Source: Mobula hypostoma (Eukaryota). Taken from it: 64,000 bases of DNA. Below the pieces are notes generated by a model, which saw only the letters and a list, made by a program, of their open reading frames with translations, did not search any database and was not told the DNA's origin. The DNA is taken from NCBI RefSeq assembly GCF_963921235.1, contig NC_086115.1:24986001-25050000 (forward strand), in the 5' to 3' direction. Made by a program: the position numbers and the translations under genes. Position 1 is the stretch's first letter, and every line of letters begins with the position of its first letter. Shown piece after piece: positions 25,057 to 37,534 of the stretch.

Positions 25057-26933
25057 AAACTGGCAGAGAACATAAAAACGGACTGTAAAAGCTTTTATAG
25101 ATATGTAAAAAGGAAAAGACTGGTAAAGACAAATGTAGGTCCCCTACAGACAGAAACAGGTGAATTGATTATGGGGAGCAAGGACATGGCAGACCAATTG
25201 AATAATTACTTTGGTTCTGTCTTCACTAAGGAGGACATAAATAATCTTCCAGAAATAGTAAGGGACAGAGGGTCCAGTGAGATGGAGGAACTGAGCGAAA
25301 TACATGTTAGTAGGGAAGTGGTGTTAGGTAAATTGAAGGGATTGAAGGCAGATAAATCCCCAGGGCCAGATGGTCTGCATCCTAGAGTGCTTAAGGAAGT
25401 AGCCCAAGAAATAGTGGATGCATTAGTGATAATTTTTCAAAACTCGTTAGATTCTGGACTAGTTCCTGAGGATTGGAGGGTGGCTAATGTAACCCCACTT
25501 TTTAAAAAAGGAGGGAGAGAGAAACCGGGGAATTATAGGCCGGTTAGCCTAACGTCGGTGGTGGGGAAACTGCTGGAGTCAGTTATCAAGGATGTGATAA
25601 CAGCACATTTGGAAAGCGGTGAAATGATCGGACAAAATCAGCATGGATTTGTGAAAGGAAAATCATGTCTGACGAATCTCATAGAATTTTTTGAGGATGT
25701 AACTAGTAGAGTGGATAGGGGAGAACCAGTGGATGTGGTATATTTGGATTTTCAAAAGGCTTTTGACAAGGTCCCACACAGGAGATTAGTGTGCAAACTT
25801 AAAGCACACGGTATTGGGGGTAAGGTATTGGTGTGGGTGGAGAATTGGTTAGCAGACAGGAAGCAAAGAGTGGGAATAAACGGGACCTTTTCAGAATGGC
25901 AGGCAGTAACAAGTGGGGTACCGCAAGGCTCAGTGCTGGGACCCCAGTTGTTTACAATATATATTAATGACTTAGATGAGGGAATTAAATGCAGCATCTC
26001 CAAGTTTGCGGATGACACGAAGCTGGGTGGCAGTGTTAGCAGTGAGGAGGATGCTAAGAGGATGCAGGGTGACTTGGATAGGTTGGGTGAGTGGGCAAAC
26101 TCATGGCAGATGCAATTTAATGTGGATAAATGTGAAGTTATCCACTTTGGTGGCAAAAATAGGAAAACAGATTATTATCTGAATGGTGGCCGATTAGGAA
26201 AAGGGGAGGTGCAACGAGACCTGGGTGTCATTATACACCAGTCATTGAAAGTGGGCATGCAGGTACAGCAGGCGGTGAAAAAGGCGAACGGTATGCTGGG
26301 ATTTATAGCGAGAGGATTCGAGTACAGGAGCAGGGAGGTACTACTGCAGTTGTACAAGGCCTTGGTGAGACCACACCTGGAGTATTGTGTGCAGTTTTGG
26401 TCCCCTAATCTGAGGAAAGACATCTTTGCCATAGAGGGAGTACAAAGAAGGTTCACCAGATTGATTCCTGGGATGGCAGGTCTTTCATATGAAGAAAGAC
26501 TGGATGAACTGGGCTTGTACTCGTTGGAATTTAGAAGATTGAGGGGGGATCTGATTGAAACGTATAAGATCCTAAAGGGATTGGACAGGCTAGATGCGGG
26601 AAGATTGTTCCCGATGTTGGGGAGGTCCAGAACGAGGGGCCACAGTATGAGGATAGAGGGGAAGCCTTTTAGGACCGAGATTAGGAAAAACTTCTTCACA
26701 CAGAGAGTGGTGAATCTGTGGAATTCTCTGCCACAGCAAACTGTTGAGGCCAGTTCATTGGCTATGTTTAAGAGGGAGTTAGATATGGCCCTTGTGGCTA
26801 CAGGGGTCAGGGGGTATGGAGGGAAGGCTGGGTTCTGAGTTGGATGATCAGCCATGATCATAATAAATGGCGGTGCAGGCACAAAGGGCCGAATGGCCTA
26901 CTCCTGCACCTATTTTCTATGTTTCTATGTTTC
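25057..26933 (+). mobile_element. Young 5'-truncated CR1 LINE
   Basis: Uninterrupted RT frame; 3' hairpin GGTGCAGG...CCTGCACC (26872-26910); (TTTCTATG)n tail; possible TSD TCAAAC at 25055-25060 and 26932-26937. Confidence 0.95.
25165..26838 (+). CDS. CR1 ORF2 reverse transcriptase domain (N-terminally truncated, no endonuclease)
   Basis: KSPGPDG, NYRPVSLTS, QHGF, YLDFQKAFDKV, GVPQGSVLGP, FADD, RPHLEYCVQFWSP; frame is open from 25057. Confidence 0.9.
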   Translation: MIMGSKDMADQLNNYFGSVFTKEDINNLPEIVRDRGSSEMEELSEIHVSREVVLGKLKGLKADKSPGPDGLHPRVLKEVAQEIVDALVIIFQNSLDSGLVPEDWRVANVTPLFKKGGREKPGNYRPVSLTSVVGKLLESVIKDVITAHLESGEMIGQNQHGFVKGKSCLTNLIEFFEDVTSRVDRGEPVDVVYLDFQKAFDKVPHRRLVCKLKAHGIGGKVLVWVENWLADRKQRVGINGTFSEWQAVTSGVPQGSVLGPQLFTIYINDLDEGIKCSISKFADDTKLGGSVSSEEDAKRMQGDLDRLGEWANSWQMQFNVDKCEVIHFGGKNRKTDYYLNGGRLGKGEVQRDLGVIIHQSLKVGMQVQQAVKKANGMLGFIARGFEYRSREVLLQLYKALVRPHLEYCVQFWSPNLRKDIFAIEGVQRRFTRLIPGMAGLSYEERLDELGLYSLEFRRLRGDLIETYKILKGLDRLDAGRLFPMLGRSRTRGHSMRIEGKPFRTEIRKNFFTQRVVNLWNSLPQQTVEASSLAMFKRELDMALVATGVRGYGGKAGF

Positions 26934-27119
26934 AAACACCAGTTTTGAGACAGTCAGATCAGGAGCAATCATCCCAAACCAAATGTATATCCCATCTTTA
27001 AATTCTTAAGAACACAGAGACAGAAGAAATAGAAACAATGTCACTATTCAAGAAGTTCATGTCAGATTTTTTTTAACTCAGTGCTATTTTCCTGTACCTC
27101 ATATCATTTCATTGCATAA

Positions 27120-27680
27120 GGCCATTAAACATTGGAGCAGAATTAGGCTATTCATCCCATTGAGTCTGCTCAGTCAGTTCATCATGATTGATTTATTATC
27201 CCTCTCAATCCCATCCTCCTGTCTTCTCTCCATAACCTTTGACATCCTTACTAATCAAGTATCTATCAACCTCTGCTTTAAATATGCCCAATGACTTGGC
27301 TCCACATCCCTCTATGGTAGGGGTTCCCAACATGAGGTCCATGAACCCCTTGCTTAATGGTATTGGTCCATGGCATAAAAATGGTTGGGAACCTCTGTTC
27401 TATGGCAATGAATTCCACAGATTTACCACCCTCAGGCTAAAGAAATTCCTCCTCATCCCTGTTCTAAATAGACGTTCCTCTATTCTGAGGCTGTGCCTCT
27501 GGTCCTAGACTCCCCTATTATAGGACACATCCACTCCACATTCACCCTTTCCAGGCCTTTTAATATTCAATAGGTTTCAATGAGATCAAACACTCCTCAT
27601 ATGCTAACCCTTTTTATTCCCAGAATCACTTTTGTGAACCTCATCTGAACCCTCTCGAATGCTAACACATTTTTTCTTAG
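27120..27680 (-). mobile_element. CR1 LINE 3' fragment
   Basis: Reverse complement of the CR1 3' end (GAATTCCACAGATTTACCACCCTC). Confidence 0.75.
27318..27397. mobile_element. 80-bp hAT (Charlie-like) MITE
   Basis: TIRs TAGGGGTTCCCAAC / GTTGGGAACCTCTG; 8-bp TSD CTCTATGG / TTCTATGG. Confidence 0.8.
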
Positions 27681-29264
27681 ATTCCTTTAGCACCTAAAGA
27701 TTAATATATCCTTGCCAGAGACTAAGCCAACAGGCTGGAGAATTCCAATGATTTTCTATCAACTGAATGATGGAATCTCTTCTCATTTCAGTTCTGAATA
27801 GTCCATCTTTACTTGAGACATTGAGTTCTGATCCTAGAAAACGGCTATAAAACAGTCAAGCTTGATACAAAGAATTATAAACACCTTGATAAGATTACTT
27901 CTCATTCTTCTAAACTCAGAATGGTGTACTGGTCCCACCTGGCTTAAGAATGACTGCCTATGAACAATCATTTGGGAAAGTGGTGGTATAGATTTCCCAG
28001 CTGCTGTAAAACTGCAGACATCTGGACATCTTCTGATGTGTGGGAACTCAATTTGCAGCTGCATTTCTAACTTGTGAGCTGTTTGGGTTATGGATAGTTC
28101 TCAGGACCGAAACCCTGTTGTAACCTTGGAAGGACATATGGCCCATGGTGTTGAATCTCCCCTAAACTGACAAACCTACTGTTCAGGAGTCAATCTGGTG
28201 AACCTTTGGTGCTATTTTTCATCTTTCTCTACTTCCATTAATTTCTCATGGCAGAGAAAGATGCTATTCGGATTTACGACAATCTTCATGGTTAGCCATG
28301 TTCCAGCTGTGAGTGATATTATGATGATAGTAGACATATAGACAATGGACTGTAATGGACAATGGTAGTAAAGCATTGAGATATTTATGAAATATTTATT
28401 CTCAATTATTAATCAATAAATATTAATCAAATATTTTGATGTATTACAAAAACTGCTTTACATTGGAGACAGACCAATGATCTTGCTAAGGAGGTGCAGA
28501 TATTGGTCTTAGATTATGTGAATGATTCTGTAATGGATAATGCAGATGGGAAAGTCTTGCCAATGTTGTGATCTTTTCTGTGATAGCAGAAGAGATAGCA
28601 CTTAGTGAGAGATGCAATTCTATCTTCAATGTTCTAAATATAATGACTGTTACTGTAATCCCACGTTAGCTGATGCCAGGATTATTTCACTGTGGGATTC
28701 TTGCATCATGTGAAGCTTTTTAGTGGAATTGACAACATTTTTGGCGTTGCTATTGCGTAATATTTTTGGCCTAGGATGTAAATCGCATGGTACATTTATA
28801 GTGCAATTTCTGTTTATGTCCACAAGTTGTCTACATAAGGAACTGCTAACACATCACAAGATTATGGCTAAACCTTGGTCAACGATTGGAAGTGACTATT
28901 GTGACTCACTCACTGTTCGTTAACCAAGTCACCAGCATCACTTGCATTTCCATGTAAGGTGGACAAACAGCATGCTTGCAAAATTTTTATACGTTTTTCT
29001 TGGTTTGGCCTTTAGGCTGTCATAATGATATAAAGGCATCATGTGTTTTAGTTCCAATACGTTTTAGCAAACACAATAAACTGTATGGAGGAAAAATGCA
29101 AGCAATCGTTCATAAATCCTGGTATCCCAATTGTTACTTGGTGTTCTCAGCACAAAGTCTGGGAGGTGAGACTGCCTAGTTATGGAATGCTTCACAAACG
29201 TCAGTTCCAATCTCCAGCCTAGCAATAATCTCATGATATGTTAGAGGTACCTTAACTGGACAAC

Positions 29265-29590
29265 AATCAGAATCAGAATCAGGTTTATTATCATGACATA
29301 TGTTGTAAAATTTGTTTTGCAGTAGCAGTACAGCATGGCATAAAACTTACTATAAGTTACAAAACTAATAGTACAAAATATGAATAACATGGATTCATGG
29401 ATCATTCAGAAATCTAATTGTGGAGGGGGAAGAAGTTGTTTCTCAAACACTCAGTGTGGGTGTTCAAGTTCCTGTATCTCCTCCCTGATGGTAATAACAT
29501 GAGGAGGGAACTTGCCGGGTGGTGAGGATCTTTAATGATGCATGCTACTTTTTGGAGTCACAGCCTATTAAAGATGTCCTCGACGATGCT
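29265..29590 (-). mobile_element. Rex1/Babar-like LINE 3' fragment
   Basis: (AATCAG)n tail followed by GTTTATTATCA; homologous to other copies. Confidence 0.6.
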
Positions 29591-31819
29591 CACCATTCTT
29601 CACCTATCTTCAGTCTACCCATCACCTACTAGCGCCATTGCACCTTTTTCCTCTGCTCTTTATGTTGGCTAGCTTACCAGTGTCAGTCTCATATGCAAGA
29701 TTTCAATTCAAAACAGCAACAATACTTTGTCCCCCATGGATACGACTGTATGCTTTGAGTTCATCCAGCAGTTTGCTCTTTGTTAACTTTTAACAGAGAT
29801 GGGAAAGACAACAGATGTGTCTTGACGTTAAAGAATAGGATAAAGACAATAGAAAAAGAGATCTAGGTTCAGTAGGTCAAGGAGTAGAATCAATGGAGAC
29901 ACAAGGTAATGCAGATATTGAAATCTGAAGCAACAAGCAATCTGCTGGAAGAACTCAATGGGCCATGCAGCATCTATGGGAGGAGTAGAATCATTTGGAG
30001 GCTGTTATAATTGTATATAAAGGCATCCAAACAAAAATTGGTAATAGCAATGAGCCAAGAAATTAGAGGTCGTTGTCATATGGGCAATACAATAATGATG
30101 GGGGATATAATCCATATACTAACTGGGAAAAATAAATGAGCAGAAAAAGTTGAAAGGACGCATTAATGGGCTGTGTAAGATATGGATTTCCAGATCTGCA
30201 TGTTCAGGAACCAATGAGGGAATTGCTATTTTAGATCCAAGATGATGTACATCAGAAAAGGTCAATTGATGATCTAGTAGTTAAGGGGTATTTAGGACGA
30301 AGACTACAGAAGCATGAACTTGGAAAGCGTTAGAATTGTGCAGAGGTAGCGTGTATTTATGGCTTGACAAATGTTTGGATTCTTCGTGGTAACCGACAGA
30401 GTAGATAAAAGTGACTTGATAGCATTAATCTGGAATTTCAGATGTTTCTTTTGATAATGTGTCATGCAAGAGGTTATTAAACAAAAGAAGAGTGTATAAT
30501 GAACAGTAAACGTAATAACCACTGTGGCTTTGGAAAGTGGGAGGAAAATGGAACACCTGGGCGTTACGAGCAGGACATGCAAACACCACACATACAGCAC
30601 CAGAAGTCGGAAGCAAACTCAGACAAACTCCCTGGAGGTGTGAGCACTGTCTGCTCTCAGAATCTACTGGTAAAGGTAGTCTAGATTTCCAACCAACGCA
30701 GGCTGGTAGGAAATTCCAGAATTTCACCCCAGCGATGTTGGATGAATTTTGAAATAATTCCAAGTCGGGCTGGATATAAAATCCTATGTAGTTACCAACT
30801 TAAATGTCATACACCTCTCATTATCTAAATAAAATATATTGATCTTATTGATACAATACAGTACCTGATACCACTGATAGCCTATGCTGATACTTCCAGT
30901 ATCCCATTAATTTCATCATTTTTACTGCACTTAATTATATCCATGCGAAGACAGGTTTTTCCACCCTGCAGAGTTTGCACAGCAATGGTTTCGATGAACT
31001 TCGAGGCCCAATTTATACTTTCACCATTCTTACCCGGATTGTTACATGTGCAGGCATACCACTTCACAGTGAGCAAACCCCATTCACCTGCAGTTCAACT
31101 GACAGTCCCAATGACCTTTTTCTTCAAGACTCAAAATGAACTGCAAACCTGGAAGTTTTGGACCTTTCCTGACCTAATTTTGTAAATATCAAGTATTAAT
31201 AGCTACTTGTTTTAAAATTTAAATTTATTGATAGGGCTGTAGTTTTGTGTAGCTTCCCTCCGCCTTTCAAACTTGTCATAAATAAAGCACCGTTAATGTG
31301 GTTCAAAAACTTAGGAAGGCTGATATTTTCAAAGAGTTGAATAGATGACACTATATAGGTCATGGATGTTAAAACAATCCTTCTGATTATAGATTTTTAA
31401 TAAAGAAATTCAGTTATCTCACCTGACAGTCCAAAAATTCTGAACAATATTTTGAATGTTTCAGGAAGTACCTGTGCATAGAGGGATGTATGGATGTTTT
31501 TTATGCTAACTTTTTATGAAATCCCAAAAACTAGTTTGCAATACTGAGGCCTGTGGAATTAAAGAATCAATAGATAAATGGATAGAAAATTGATAGAAAG
31601 CAACTCATGATGGTAGATGATTGTGTTGGAGTTGGTGCTTCTCAGGGATCAATGCCAGAAATTCAGTTTGGAGGTACAGATACGTGTTTCACGCTTGAAG
31701 GCCAGTGATTTGAACAGATGCTACAGGATATTTGTCGATATTAGGCCATTCCAGGTCTGGGGTTGGATGATCGTGCGAGCAGGAGACATGAGGAAGCCCA
31801 GGGACTGGTGAATTGGCAT

Positions 31820-33190
31820 GCCTGGAGTTTGGGGTCCCATATTCCGCTAGTCTGGGGGTCGGCACCAAAGACTGGAGCCTGAAGGTCAATTGGAAATCCG
31901 GAAGGCAAAGCCCAGTGGCCAAAGCCTGGAGCCTGGAGTCCTGTCCTGGAGTTGTAGGTCTGCCCACATGTGTGGGCGGGTGGGTTTGATTTGCTGTTGT
32001 TGTTTTGTTGCTTGCTCTGTTCTGTGTTGCTCAGCCAAGCATTATGGGCATGCTATGTTGGTACCAGATTGTATGGTGATACTTGTGAGCTGTCCCAAGC
32101 ACAGCCCTAGGTGATTTCCAAGGAATTTTTCATCAGTGATTGATTTGGGATTATTGTGTGATTTACACTAGGACTCAAAGCGAAATATTTATTTCACTAC
32201 AAATAAAGAATTTCCTCACCCTACAGAACCTATTTTTGATAAACTGCTGCAAACTGAATTTTATGACTAAAACTTCACCAGTCTCCTGTTGAGTGTGGGA
32301 TTATTTCTTTCATTTGGCTTTGATTATATCTGAATGCAGAAATCCCACGTGGAAATCCCAGACTTGATTACAGTGCTAGCATGGCATGGCAAAGTTCAGA
32401 TCAATATCCCCACGTGCCAGATACATTTGCCTGTATTTTACATATGGCCTTTGCCATCGGAATTAAGGTGCTTGGCTAATACAGTTTTGCTGTGATGGTT
32501 ATCACAAAATTTCTCTTGCTTTACAGTATTTGTATACTGTTTGTTGGGAAGATTCATGTTGAGGCTTTGAAAGTGCTGTCAGACTTTAGTCATAGTCATT
32601 GGTTTAGGAGGTGATCTTCTTCTTATGACTACAGTCACATGTGAGTGTGAATTTCAATTTCCAATGGTGGAAATAGTGATAGTTCCTCCCAGGGATAGCT
32701 TGCCATTGGCTGATGGCTGCTTAAATTTTTCAAGGCAGGTTGAGCCTGGTGCCACTTCCATGGTATTTTTGATGAGCTGTTTGTTAGAGATACTGCTCTG
32801 TCCCAGTACTCCTGCAATTGAATCACATTATTGACGTCAGTATGTTGGTGCCATTGAGTAGCTCTGCAGTAGCTTTGTTAACATGCAGGTCGGGGGGTGA
32901 TGTTGATGATTCGAGATTCAGATTTACTTCGCCGTGGCCACATTGAAACACAGAGTGAAATTTGCCATTGGTGTAAACAGCCGACACATCCAAGGTGTGC
33001 TGGAGGCAACCCACAAGTGTTGCCACATATTTTGGCACCAATGCTTGGCAGAACAACACAGAACAGCAAAAACAAACTCTGTTCCCCCCTCCCACCCACA
33101 CACATACACTGTTCTTGAACCCCAAAGAATGGGGTCTTCCTCAGACCCCAGGGGACTTGGACTCGGGCTTGCAGTCGGCGGGCTTCAATT
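31820..33190. repeat. Two inverted copies of a LINE-3'-end-like repeat (about 31820-32110 on +, 32900-33190 on -)
   Basis: Shared TTGTTTTG...CTGTTCTGTGTTG...ATGTTGGTACCAG...ACTTGTGAGCTG core; further copies at about 53690-53945 and 60365-60510. Confidence 0.55.
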
Positions 33191-33959
33191 TCCCTAAGGA
33201 ACTCATAGAGATTGGCAGACTTACTGAATTTAAAAATCCATTTCATGCAAATACATTTCATCGTTTGGCGAATTTGCGTTTCTCAGCAAATCTAAGATAG
33301 TGGAATTTCACACTGGCTCAGTAACTTTCAGGCTGATTAATTTTGTGTAATGGCCTAATTTTATTTCTGTTCTGTAAGCATGAAACTACATTGCAAAAAA
33401 TACTTGATTCATCAAGTAGGAATTCTATGAAACCACCTGAAATTAATAAAATCCACTATGCATCAACCATGATAAATAGATAATGGCAGCAGCTTCAATC
33501 ACAATAGATTGTGGAGAAGAAAAGCAGCAGACTAACCAAGGGAAAGTGATGTTACCAAAAACAGATTTGATGAAACAAGACCTGGACATAGGAAATAACA
33601 CAAGTGGAGTGACAGATCGATTTGAAACATTTTATAATGGAAAGTGAATGCAGAAACATGCAAAATGATTATGGGACTCAATTCAAGTTCTTTTCAGCAT
33701 TGCAAAGGAAGGAAGACATTGACTGATCTGCAAATCAAATTTATATAGTAGACCATGACATGAGAATGTCCAAAATACTTTTACCGTACATAAAGTAATG
33801 CAGAAAACATAACAGACAGCCCAGTTTGTGTACATCATAGCCCACAGGCAAAATGACAAAATAGAGAACTTTTACCATATTGCAGCATGTCTGTGTCTTA
33901 TACAAAGGAATTTAATTAAAGACCTGTTTGCTAAGTCAGATTGGCTCAGTTATGTACAG

Positions 33960-34645
33960 GTCCACAATACTTGTTTCTAGCCATTCATGTATGTGATTTG
34001 CAGTTTTGTGCCTGGAAGGCTGTTATCACTGGGGTTCCACAAAGCTTAGTACTCAGTCTCTCACTTCTTGTACATGATAATGATCTGGATTTAAAAACTG
34101 GAACCATGATACTGACGATTTTATATGACTGGAATGACATGAAGTGTGAAGGAACAGACAGACACAGTGCCCACAGATGCTTAAAAAACAGCACAGATAG
34201 ATATGATGGCTAAAAGAATACATAAAATGCAAAGAACCATGGAGTGATAATAGAAATATATATATACCTTGTTCAGCCACACTTCACTGTTATGCGTTCT
34301 AGTCCCCACACTACACCAAAGATGTGAATCCATGGAAAGGATATGGAGAAGATATTAAGGATGTCATCAAGACAGGAAAAAATAATCTTTGTGGAAAGTT
34401 GGGATAGACTGGGACAGAGAAGGGCCAAGACTGAGTAAATAGAAAGGAATTATTCCCCTTTCCTGTGGATCAAAAATTGGGATCCTGCATTTAAAGCAAT
34501 TGAGAGGATTAAATTGTTAATAAGGAAAAATCTGGAAGTCACTACCTGAAAGAATGAAAGAGGCAGAGATCTTCACCAGATTTAAAATATTAGGCTAAGT
34601 TACTTTTCTTTCAACCAGCATGGACGCAATGAACAAAATGACCAC
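33960..34645 (+). mobile_element. Old CR1 fragment
   Basis: WKAVITGVPQ remnant and decayed C-terminus. Confidence 0.55.
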
Positions 34646-35462
34646 CTGCAGAATCAGAATTAGGTTTATTATCAGTGACATATCATGACATTTGCTGTTT
34701 TACATCAGCAGTACAGTGCAATACATAAAAAATTACTATAAACAGCAATAAAAAAAAATAAATATTGCAAAGAGAGAGGTAAACAGTGAGGTCATGGGTT
34801 CATGGAATCTGACAGCAGACAGGAAGAAACTATTCCTAAAACAGAGTGTGCATTCCTCTGACTGCAGTATTGAGAAGAGGGCACATCCTGGATGGCGAGA
34901 ATTAAAGTAATGGCCATGAAATGAGAGAATTCTGCAGATACTGTACACAGCAGGTAAAGTGGAGAATTGATGTTACAGGCTGAGCCAGTGTGTCTGAAGT
35001 TGGAAAGAAATGGGCTAAGGGTGGAGGGGCAAAGGAAATATCTGTGAATGGGGGAGATTGAGAAAGATCAAGTTGCTCGTATGTTGTTACTGCAGTCCAA
35101 GAGAGGATGATGGATATGTGCTGATTACGCTTGATCTATCTGGAGGAGGTTCCCTTTTGCCATACATTTTCTGTGGTGCATGGGTGTCATGCAAAACAGA
35201 TTATTGCTGCAAGAGTAGAAAACATTCCACTTTAATCTGTTCACCAGCCTTTTGTCTGACAGAAAGATTTCTAGGTTAATGTGTTTTAGGGGTATTGATT
35301 CGAGTGCAAGTGTTCAGCAGAATATCCAGAGATGACTTCTGTCCTTTTTAAAATAGTTTTACACCATCCACAATGATGTCAATTTGAAGTTATCCTTCAG
35401 TTTAACACACATCAGAAAGACAGCATCTCTAACGCTATGACACCTCCACATCTTCAGCCAAG

Positions 35463-36175
35463 AACATAGAACATTGAATAGTACAGCACAGAACAGGCCC
35501 TTCAGCCCACAATATTGTGCCAACCCTCAAACCCTGCCTTCCATATTATCCCCCACCTTAGATTCCTCCATATACCTGTCTAGTAGTCGCTTAAACTTCA
35601 CTAGTGTATCTGCCTCCACCACTGACTCAGGCAGTGCATTCCACACACCAACCACTCTCTGAGAAAAAACCTTCCTCTAATATCCCCCTTGAACTTCCCA
35701 CCCCTTACCTTAAAGCCATGTCCTCTTGTATTGAGCAGTGGTGCCCTGGGGAAGAGGCGCTGGCTATCCACTCTATCTATTCCTCTTATTACCTTGTACA
35801 CCTCTATCATGTCTCCTCTCATCCTCCTTCTCTCCAAAGAGTAAAGCCCTAGCTCCCTTAATCTCTGATCATAATGCATACTTACTAAACCAGGCAGCAT
35901 CCTGGTAAATCTCCTCTGTACCCTTTCCAATGCTTCCACATCCTTCCTATAGTGAGGTGACCAGAACTGGACACAATACTCCAAGTGTGGCCTAACCAGA
36001 GTTTTATAGAGCTGCATCATTACATCGCGACTCTTAAACTCTGTCCCTCGACTTATGAAAGCTAACACCCCATAAGCTTTCTTAACTACCCTATCTACCT
36101 GTGAGGCAACTTTCAGGGATCTGTGGACATGTACCCCGAGATCCCTCTGCTCCTCCACACTACCAAGTATCCTGC
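35463..36175 (-). mobile_element. Young 5'-truncated CR1 LINE inserted in an old Deu-like SINE
   Basis: Near-intact frame EQRDLGVHVH...RPHLEYCVQFWSPHY...RGHGFK; (GAACATA) tail at left. Confidence 0.9.
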
Positions 36176-36339
36176 TAGAGTCCAGAGTGGGTCTTAAACT
36201 TAGACCTACATGATCAGAGATAAGCATGCTGTTGCCGAGTGAAGGCCACTGCAATGTGATTAAAGTGTAAAACCTACTGAACTTTGAATGCCTTAGTTTT
36301 GTTATAATCTTTGAAGAAGTCAGTAAAGATTACTTAAAG

Positions 36340-36545
36340 GCAAAAAAGTGCAGATGCTTGAAATCTAAAATTAAAAAGTTCTGGAAATATTCGACAGGTC
36401 ATGCAGCATCGGTGGAGAGAAAAACAGAGTAGATATTTTAGGTTGATGGCCTTTTGTCAGAATGAAGGATCATTGACTTGAATCATGAACATCATTTCTC
36501 TCTCCACAGAGGCTGCTTAACATGCCTAGAACTTCTCGCACTTGT
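36340..36545. mobile_element. Old fold-back Penelope-derived element
   Basis: GCAGATGCTTGAAATC...GCAGCATCGGTGGAGAGA with inverted TCTCTCCACAGAGGCTGC. Confidence 0.55.
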
Positions 36546-37534
36546 TTTAATTTCAATAGAAATTATATTTTGCAGAAGAGCAAGGCAATTGTGGTTAGGT
36601 GGTTCAAGCTTTTTTTAATGCATTTACAAACCAATTTACATCCTGTAATTTGCTTTATATTTTATGTGAGAATTCTGCACTTTACTTCCCCACTTGCTTC
36701 GCTATCCTTCAAATTGATTTTGTTCCCACTACTTTATTGATAATTATACTTTTTACCATGCCAAATGATGTACTTAAATAAAACTGCTTTGGTTAATGAC
36801 ATCAGTTGCAAGCATAAAAACATGAAAGAAATAGGCCGTTCTGCCAGGAAGTATGATCATGAGTGATCCTATCATAATATCATGTTCCAAATCACCAGGG
36901 AAACATCCTCCCTGTAACCAGTATATCTAACCATGCCATTTTTAAAAATGTTTTTCAATGAAATTTCCTCATTCTTCTAAATATAGCTCAGCTGATCCAA
37001 TTTCACATGCCAACTATCCCAGGAATCAGCGTAGTGAACTTTTGTGCCACTCCTTCTGTTACAAGTATGTTCTGTCTTACACAAGACTTAACCCTAAATT
37101 AAATACAACACTCTGGGCCTGGACACACCATTGTAGTGGCTTATCCTTGTACCACATACCATCTGCCTCCGTAACAGCTTGCTGCCCTTGCTTCGAGCCT
37201 CTGGCATGCAAGGCCATCCAGATCTCTTCTTACATCAACATTTCTCAATCTATCACCATTCTAATAATACTCTGCTTTTCTGTCTTTCCCGGCAAAGTGA
37301 TTTATCAATGTTATCTGCCACATACTTTCCCACTCAATCGAGAAACTTGAAATATATTGTGAGTAACAGAGGCCCAGGCAATATTCCCTGCAATACCTCC
37401 CACTTGAGGAAGACCACTTATTCTATAGTTTACTTCCAGTCTATTAATCAGTCCCAACACATCACATCTATGGTGCCCTTTTTCCTATTCTACCAGTTAC
37501 ACGTTTAAAAAGCTCCAAGTTTGTCGAACATATT

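Noticed and set aside
25752-26882. 134-aa and 235-aa minus-strand ORFs
   Set aside because: Antisense shadows of the CR1 RT frame.
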